Assembly (NCBI GenBank): GCA_937877455.1
Contig: CALFIU010000177.1
Location: 13,769-77,768 of the forward strand
Direction: 5' to 3'
DNA from: an uncultured Bacteroidales bacterium
Lineage (GTDB): Bacteria; Bacteroidota; Bacteroidia; Bacteroidales; UBA3824
DNA: 64,000 bases
The notes beneath the pieces are model-generated. The model saw only the letters and a list, made by a program, of their open reading frames with translations. It made no database searches and was not told the origin of the DNA. Positions 58,199 through 64,000 of the stretch are shown here, piece after piece (position 1 is the stretch's first letter; each line of letters begins with the position of its first letter). The position numbers and the translations under genes were made by a program.

Positions 58199-59521
58199 TT
58201 AGTTAAAAAAATTAATTTTGTATTCTAAATGTTTTGTTTGATTGTTTTTTTCTGGTGTTACTTTTAAAAATTGAATTTTTGCTTGGCAGTTTTCAAGTTC
58301 TATTTCTAATTGAGAATTGGTGGTGTATTTGTTTATTTTTTTTTTGTTTACATCGTATGTTTCTATGTTTATGTTGTCTGTTGTGCTGTTTATTATTGTT
58401 ATTGTTATTTTTGGTTGGATAGTATAATTTTTATAATCAATTTTTATCCAATCATAATCGTCTGATATGAGTTTACCTTTTTTGTTAACTCGTTGATGTA
58501 GAGTATGAAGTTGAGAATATTCAGGTTGTAGAAGAGTTGCAATTTCGGGCGAGAAATCGGGTTCGTATCTGTCGGGGTGTTGAGGGCGTTTTATGCTGTC
58601 GGTTTTGATGCGCCAATTTGCAGATTTTTTTTTGTTTTCAAGTGTGTATAGCATCACAGCCTTTTGCATTGGAGTAAATGTTGTTCGGCAATTTTTGTTG
58701 GGAGGATAGCTCATTATGTTGTCGGTTTGAGGCTTGTATTGGTTGCCCCAGCGATCTGTTTGTGTGCCAATATAGTGGCAATTGTTGTCAACACATTTGT
58801 TTAAATTTGGTTGTGCGTATGTGTCGGAAAGTCCATCGCCATTGATTTCGCAATTATATCCACGTATAAAAATTCCTTTTCGCATTTGAGTGCGGCTAAC
58901 TGATTCTTGATGTCGTTTGCCTCTGTTGTATGATTTGTGAGGATGTTTTAAACCAAGATAGTGTCCAGTTTCGTGGCATATTCCCGATGGGTGGCATTGA
59001 GCAATGGTTATTACACTGTTAGAGAGAGTGTTGTACGAACCAGTAAAATGGTAGTTCCTGTTTTTTTTTCCTGATTTTGTCAACGATTCTACTATTGAAA
59101 TGTTGAGTAATTTTTTGTTGTGATGTAATGTAGTTTTTATTGGAAAGTCGGTGTAATATCTAAATTGTGCGTACTTTTTGTTTGTAAAATATTTGATTTC
59201 GCTTACATAAAAAGTTATATGTGTGTTGTTGAGACGGTGTAGAGTGTTGAGGTTTTGTATAAGTTGTTTTATATATTTGTCGTTGGTGGTTTGGCTACTA
59301 TCGCTTGATTTATATACCCATAATTTTATTGGAATGGCATACAATGGACGGTTGATTGTGTCGATGCCGTTGTTGATGATATAGTTGGTTAAAAATTGAT
59401 TGTTGCCAATCCATGGTTTGTGAAAAATATGTTTGTGTTCAAAACTTTGGTTTTCAAAGTTTTGAGCCTGACAATTGGTTATTGTAATTAATAATATTGC
59501 TATTAGTTGCAAAAATCTCAT
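58199..59521 (-). CDS. secreted metzincin zinc metalloprotease (M43/pappalysin-like or reprolysin-like)
   Basis: Signal peptide and the HETGHYLGLKHPH (HExxHxxGxxH) motif. Confidence 0.75.
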   Translation of the reverse strand: MRFLQLIAILLITITNCQAQNFENQSFEHKHIFHKPWIGNNQFLTNYIINNGIDTINRPLYAIPIKLWVYKSSDSSQTTNDKYIKQLIQNLNTLHRLNNTHITFYVSEIKYFTNKKYAQFRYYTDFPIKTTLHHNKKLLNISIVESLTKSGKKNRNYHFTGSYNTLSNSVITIAQCHPSGICHETGHYLGLKHPHKSYNRGKRHQESVSRTQMRKGIFIRGYNCEINGDGLSDTYAQPNLNKCVDNNCHYIGTQTDRWGNQYKPQTDNIMSYPPNKNCRTTFTPMQKAVMLYTLENKKKSANWRIKTDSIKRPQHPDRYEPDFSPEIATLLQPEYSQLHTLHQRVNKKGKLISDDYDWIKIDYKNYTIQPKITITIINSTTDNINIETYDVNKKKINKYTTNSQLEIELENCQAKIQFLKVTPEKNNQTKHLEYKINFFN

Positions 59522-59547
59522 TAGTTTTTTTGTTATGGGATATTAAA

Positions 59548-59581
59548 AGCGGCGTGGTTTTATGTTTTTTATCACGCCGCT
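59548..59581 (-). terminator. hairpin after the RSH gene
   Basis: 9-bp GC-rich stem AGCGGCGTG/CACGCCGCT. The T-run on the minus strand is weak (TTTAAT). Confidence 0.5.
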
Positions 59582-59635
59582 AAATTATTTGTTATGTTTG
59601 CAAAAAGAGAGCCAAATTCTATATTGTTGCTCCAT

Positions 59636-61765
59636 TTATGATACCACTTCCACTTTATCAATGTTTTTCATACGTTTAAATCTTTCGACAAGGCTTTTTA
59701 ATGGGTTTGCACCTGCGATGTTAACAGATAATTCGGCACGAAATTTTCCACCAGGAAGTTCTGAAATGCTAAACGATCTGATATGCATTTTAAACTCGTT
59801 TATAACCATGTTGTTTATTTGCAAACCTAATCCTGGGTCGTAGTTTCCTGACAGCCTTAGCACAGAGTTATATACCTGAGCCTCAATGTCTTTTTTCCAA
59901 ACAGCTTGTACCACTCGGTATGGATACTTTGTTAGTATTGATTTTGCGTTAGGGCAGTCGAACCGATGTATCTTTGTACCTTTGGTTGCTGTTACAAAAG
60001 CAAATATTTTGTCGCCTGGCAGAGGTTGACAGCATTTTGCGTATGTAAAGTCCAACGTGTTGAGGTTATCAATAATCAAAACGTCAGATTTGTCGAAGTT
60101 GCCAATAGGGACTGTGGTGTGTTGAATTGGTGTACGTTTTTCGTCCTGTAATCGGTTTTCTTCTTCACCTATTTGAACTATTGCACTTCGTATTTTTTGC
60201 GGATCTATTTTGCCATCGCCAACCGCTTGGTATAATTCCACAGTGTTTTCTTTGTGGAAAAATTTTATTAATTTGCTAACGTTTGTATCGTTTAGTTGAA
60301 GATTAAATTGTTGTAATTTTTGGCGTACAATATCTTTTCCGACATCTGCTAACCGGTTTTCTTGGCTTTGGATAATTCGTCGGATTCGGTTTTTTACGCG
60401 TTGGTTGTTGGCAATGTTAACCCATTCGTGTGCAGGTTTTTGGTTGCCTGATGTTAAAACTTTTATTGTATCTCCATTTTGCAACACGTGTGTTATTGAT
60501 ACAAATTTGTTGTTTACCTTTGCACCAATACATTTGCTACCTAAATCGCTGTGTATTGAGAATGCAAAATCGAGAACGGTATCGCCAGAATGCATTTTTA
60601 TAAGGTCGCCGTTGGGTGTAAAGATGTAAATTTCGTCGGAGTAAAGAGCTTTTTTCTCTTCACTAATGTTTTTGGCAATGTCGGGGTTTTCGATTGCTTC
60701 GCGAATTTTTGAGAAAATATTTCCACCTTCTTGACCATCTGTACCGTTTTTGTATTTCCAATGAGCAGCGAGTCCTTTTTCTGCTATTTCGTCCATTCGC
60801 ACGGTGCGTATTTGCACTTCAACCCAACGACCGCCAGGACCTATTACTGTGGTGTGTAGCGATTCGTAACCGCTTGATTTTGGCACGCTTATCCAATCTC
60901 TAAGTCGGTAAGGGTTTGGCTTGTATTTTTCGGTTATAAGCGAATAAGCGTTCCAACAATCGGCTTTTTCTTTTTGTGGGTCTGGTGCAGAATCTATTAT
61001 TACTCTTATTGCAAATAAATCGTATATACCATCAACACCAATGTTTTGGTTTTTCATCTTGTTGTAGATGGAGGCGATTGATTTTGGTCGTCCTTTGATG
61101 CTAACTTTGAGATGGTGTTGCTCAAATTTTTTTCTAAGCGGGCTAATAAATTCTGCAATATATTTGTCGCGTTCAGCTTTTTTTATTTGAAGTTTGTCTG
61201 CTATATGTCTGTAAGTATCGTAGTTGAAATATTTTAGGCATATCTCCTCCATTTCGGTTTTTATTTTGTACAAACCGATTCGGTGAGCAACAGGGCTAAA
61301 GATGTATTGCACCTCGGTTGCAGTTTTAAGGGCATCTTCGGTTGTAAGTTCTTTTAGCCTTCTAATTTTTTCGAGGTGTTCCATTAGCATTATTATAATT
61401 GCTCTTACGTCTCCGCTGAGAGTTACGAGGAGTTTTATATGGTTTTCTGTTTGAGTTTTAATTTTTTCGAGGTTAAAATCAGGTATTTTCATCATCCCCG
61501 AAATAACACTTTCTATTTCTTCTGAAAAAACTTTTTGTTCAACGAGCATTGTTGCTGTTTGTTGTGGCAAAAACGCATAAACAATAATTGCAGAAATTGT
61601 TATAAAGTCGGCATTAACTTCGTCGGCGGCTATGCGAAGCATCTCACATGCTACCTTGGTTTCTATTGCCCCATGTTCTTCAACAATAGTGGCGATTTTT
61701 TTAACGTTAGCAGCTTCGTCGGTTGGCAACGTTTTCAAATAACTATCTATCTTTTCAATTATCAT
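59636..61765 (-). CDS. RelA/SpoT-homologue (p)ppGpp synthetase with degenerate HD hydrolase domain
   Basis: Synthetase motifs (GRPKSIASIYNKM, YESLHTTV), TGS and ACT-like C-terminal domains. The region where AALLHD normally sits reads SAIIVYAF. Confidence 0.85.
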   Translation of the reverse strand: MIIEKIDSYLKTLPTDEAANVKKIATIVEEHGAIETKVACEMLRIAADEVNADFITISAIIVYAFLPQQTATMLVEQKVFSEEIESVISGMMKIPDFNLEKIKTQTENHIKLLVTLSGDVRAIIIMLMEHLEKIRRLKELTTEDALKTATEVQYIFSPVAHRIGLYKIKTEMEEICLKYFNYDTYRHIADKLQIKKAERDKYIAEFISPLRKKFEQHHLKVSIKGRPKSIASIYNKMKNQNIGVDGIYDLFAIRVIIDSAPDPQKEKADCWNAYSLITEKYKPNPYRLRDWISVPKSSGYESLHTTVIGPGGRWVEVQIRTVRMDEIAEKGLAAHWKYKNGTDGQEGGNIFSKIREAIENPDIAKNISEEKKALYSDEIYIFTPNGDLIKMHSGDTVLDFAFSIHSDLGSKCIGAKVNNKFVSITHVLQNGDTIKVLTSGNQKPAHEWVNIANNQRVKNRIRRIIQSQENRLADVGKDIVRQKLQQFNLQLNDTNVSKLIKFFHKENTVELYQAVGDGKIDPQKIRSAIVQIGEEENRLQDEKRTPIQHTTVPIGNFDKSDVLIIDNLNTLDFTYAKCCQPLPGDKIFAFVTATKGTKIHRFDCPNAKSILTKYPYRVVQAVWKKDIEAQVYNSVLRLSGNYDPGLGLQINNMVINEFKMHIRSFSISELPGGKFRAELSVNIAGANPLKSLVERFKRMKNIDKVEVVS

Positions 61766-61954
61766 AGTTTTTGTTTTTTGGGGACATTTTGTTTCTTTTT
61801 TTTACAAATATCGGTTTTTTAAGGTTTACAGAAAGTTAAATTTTATTTTTTTGCAACAAAATTGGAAAAATACATAAATTTCGTATTGTTTTTGGGTGCT
61901 ATAATATTAATTATAAGGAGTAAAATTCTTAGAAAAACGCTTGTAAATGTCAAG

Positions 61955-62536
61955 AACTAAACTTTCGTAAGTGTTGTAACACGTTGTAAATCAAATCATT
62001 CCAACTTTGTTGAATTTTTAACCAATTGATTTTCAATGACCAAATTAATAAGTAAAGTATCCTTGTAATCGTTTAATTGTGTCTTAATATTTTTAACTAA
62101 ATCTCTGATAAATAGAATGATACGTTCATTTATTGTTAGTTCGAGAGTGTCTTTGGTTATTTCTTCAAACAAGCCGCCCATTGTATCATACTTTTGTTTG
62201 CGAAGTATCGTAGAGAGGATGTTGAACCGTATGAAAGAGAAAGTTATCTCCGCTATCTGAACGTCAAAATCCACTGATTGACAATTGTTTAGTAGTAAGT
62301 GCTGTTTACATTCCTTGAAGAAAACTTCTATCGACCACCGCATGGCATAGATTTCCATAGCACTTGTATTATCGAAATTTTCAACAAAGAATTTTGATAT
62401 TTCTTTGAATTTTTTTGTAATTTTGTTTGGCAGCATAATTTTGTTTATTTTTAACGCTTAAATATACTGATTTTCAGTGTATTTATAAGATTTTGTTGCT
62501 TTTTTATGCACTTAAAACACTTGCGAAAGTTTAGTT
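61955..62536 (-). mobile_element. internally deleted IS4-superfamily insertion sequence (582 bp) with intact terminal inverted repeats
   Basis: The inverted repeats AACTAAACTTTCGTAAGTGTT (61955-61975) and AACACTTGCGAAAGTTTAGTT (62516-62536) match at 20 of 21 positions. They enclose a transposase C-terminal fragment. Confidence 0.8.
61996..62436 (-). pseudogene. C-terminal fragment of a DDE transposase (IS4 family type)
   Basis: YAMRWSIEVFFKECKQHL is the Y-x2-R-x3-E-x6-K signature of IS4-type transposases. Only ~146 aa remain, and only 80 bp separate the ORF from the IR. Confidence 0.8.
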
Positions 62537-62702
62537 AGAAATTATTTGGAGTAACAATTTTGGGGTTGGCTGGAGTAGAAGCAATATTTCAGGAGAAATA
62601 GCCAAATTAATTTTTTTTATGTTTTAATGAAAAGTTGTAAAAAAAAATAAAAAAAAATTTGGAATTGCCAAAAAAAAGTAGAAAATTTGTTAGAATCCAA
62701 AA

Positions 62703-63584
62703 ATGCATATTATTATGGAAAAAATAGCTGACTCAGAACTCATATTAAATGGCGATGGAACGATATTTCATCTTCATTTAAAACCCGAAAATATAGCCAA
62801 AAATATTATTCTTGTTGGAGATCCAGCGCGAGTTGATGTAGTGGCAGAATGTTTTGATAATGTAACTTTTTCTACCCAAAATCGCGAGTTTAAAACAATA
62901 ACAGGAACAAAAAATGGCAAACAAGTATCGGTGGTTTCAACAGGCATTGGTACAGATAATATTGATATTGTGCTTACCGAACTTGATGCTATTGTAAATG
63001 TAGATTTGCAAACACGTCTACCCAAAGAACAACACACAACGCTTAATATTATACGCATTGGCACTTGTGGGTCGCTACAAGCCGACATTCCAGTTGGTAC
63101 GCCAGTGGTTACGGCTGTGGCAGGTGGGCTTGATGGTTTGTTAAATTTTTATCAAGACCGTAATAAAGTTTGTGATTTGGAACTTGAACGACAATTTGCT
63201 ATTCATACTAATCGTTGTAGCCTTTTAGCGGCACCTTATTTTGTTGCGTCGTCGCAGGTGCTTTTAGATAAACTAAAAAAATATCGTCAAGGAATAACGC
63301 TTTCTGCTCCTGGATTTTATGGACCACAAGGCAGAGTAGTTAGGCTTGGTATTGTTGATAAAGATATTAATCAAAAACTCGAAACTTTTGAATATAAAGG
63401 TCTTAAAATAAACAACTATGAGATGGAAAGTAGTGCAATCAATGGTCTTGGTGCGTTATTGGGGCATAACACGGCAACGGTGTGTCTTGTAATTGCAAAT
63501 AGGCGTTGCAAAGAATTTGGTGCTGATTATCGTGTGGTGATGAAATCGTTGACCGCTGAAATAGCAGATTTGTTAACAAAATGA
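62703..63584 (+). CDS. nucleoside phosphorylase family protein (PNP_UDP_1 fold, uridine/purine phosphorylase-like)
   Basis: ILVGDPARV, STGIGTDNIDIVLTEL, RIGTCGS and EMESSA motifs. Confidence 0.8.
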   Translation: MHIIMEKIADSELILNGDGTIFHLHLKPENIAKNIILVGDPARVDVVAECFDNVTFSTQNREFKTITGTKNGKQVSVVSTGIGTDNIDIVLTELDAIVNVDLQTRLPKEQHTTLNIIRIGTCGSLQADIPVGTPVVTAVAGGLDGLLNFYQDRNKVCDLELERQFAIHTNRCSLLAAPYFVASSQVLLDKLKKYRQGITLSAPGFYGPQGRVVRLGIVDKDINQKLETFEYKGLKINNYEMESSAINGLGALLGHNTATVCLVIANRRCKEFGADYRVVMKSLTAEIADLLTK

Positions 63585-63591
63585 TACGACA

Positions 63592-64000
63592 ATGAACGAC
63601 AACGAATTTAACGCCGCCATAAAACTTCTTGACGACCCTGATGTTGCCGAAATTGTTGAGCAACAGATTGTAAGCCAAGGAACAAAAATTATTGGTCGCC
63701 TTAGAGAGGTGTCTCAAAAAAACTATGTCCAAAAAAACTCTGACGTTGTTATAAAAATGGACAAAATAATCGATCAAATATATTTTTCGCATATAATTGA
63801 TCGGTTGAAAGGTTGGGTTGGAAATAGTTCTAATCTTTTGGAAGGGGCGTGGCTCGTGTCGCAAGTTAATTATCCAAAGATTGATTTCAAATATATTGAA
63901 AGTCAGATGTCAACGGTATATGATGCCGTTGTGGGTGAGTATTGCAAAAATTATTCTCCGTTGGAACGCATAAGGGTAATGAATTATGTATTTTATAAAA
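63592..64000 (+). CDS. hypothetical protein, 3' end outside window
   Basis: An ATG at 63592 opens a frame that runs to the window edge (MNDNEFNAAIKLLDDPDVAEIV...). It is absent from the track because it has no stop. It is more plausible than the antisense ORF 63439-63864. Confidence 0.6.
   Translation, partial: MNDNEFNAAIKLLDDPDVAEIVEQQIVSQGTKIIGRLREVSQKNYVQKNSDVVIKMDKIIDQIYFSHIIDRLKGWVGNSSNLLEGAWLVSQVNYPKIDFKYIESQMSTVYDAVVGEYCKNYSPLERIRVMNYVFYK

Noticed and set aside
63439-63864. 141-aa minus-strand ORF
   Set aside because: It overlaps the 3' end of the phosphorylase gene. It is also antisense to a better plus-strand ORF (63592 to the window edge) that follows the phosphorylase gene by 7 nt.

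Overview
This is an AT-rich chromosomal segment (roughly one-third GC by eye) that looks like a Bacteroidota genome, Bacteroidales-like. The lineage call rests on TAnnTTTG -7 promoter boxes 20-50 nt upstream of many starts, weak or absent Shine-Dalgarno sequences, and the gene content (LptD/LolE/MlaD envelope genes, GH95, hybrid sensor kinases, a GSCFA protein, PrsW). I call about 46 protein genes, mostly housekeeping: fabI, miaA, parE, thrA-thrC, asnS, surE, argF, tcdA, a RelA/SpoT homologue and an RluB-like synthase. There are also three tRNAs: Leu-GAG, Arg-ACG and Lys-UUU. I found no CRISPR array, prophage, reverse transcriptase or recognisable defence island, and I cannot point to a clear new protein-coding system. 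The structure not explained by the gene calls is mostly non-coding. It comprises (1) a 30-codon Thr/Ile-rich leader ORF with an overlapping terminator upstream of thrA. (2) A 111-bp MITE-like element with GTTCTAAAAATT termini, present as two inverted copies downstream of two tRNAs plus one solo terminus. (3) A second palindromic MITE/REP-like family in three copies, whose central hairpin keeps its structure but not its sequence. (4) A 920-bp intergenic region holding a copy or fragment of both families plus two ~200-bp tandem modules, each ending in a different terminator-like hairpin. (5) An internally deleted IS4-type element with intact inverted repeats. The protein-level oddities are an orphan MCP, an orphan tandem SiaB-like (DUF6272-like) protein, tandem paralogous hybrid kinases, a 2024-aa alpha-2-macroglobulin with a CMEQ thioester-like motif, a hydrolase-dead RSH enzyme, and an RluB with a long low-complexity N-terminus. 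All functional calls come from motif recognition by eye; no searches were run.
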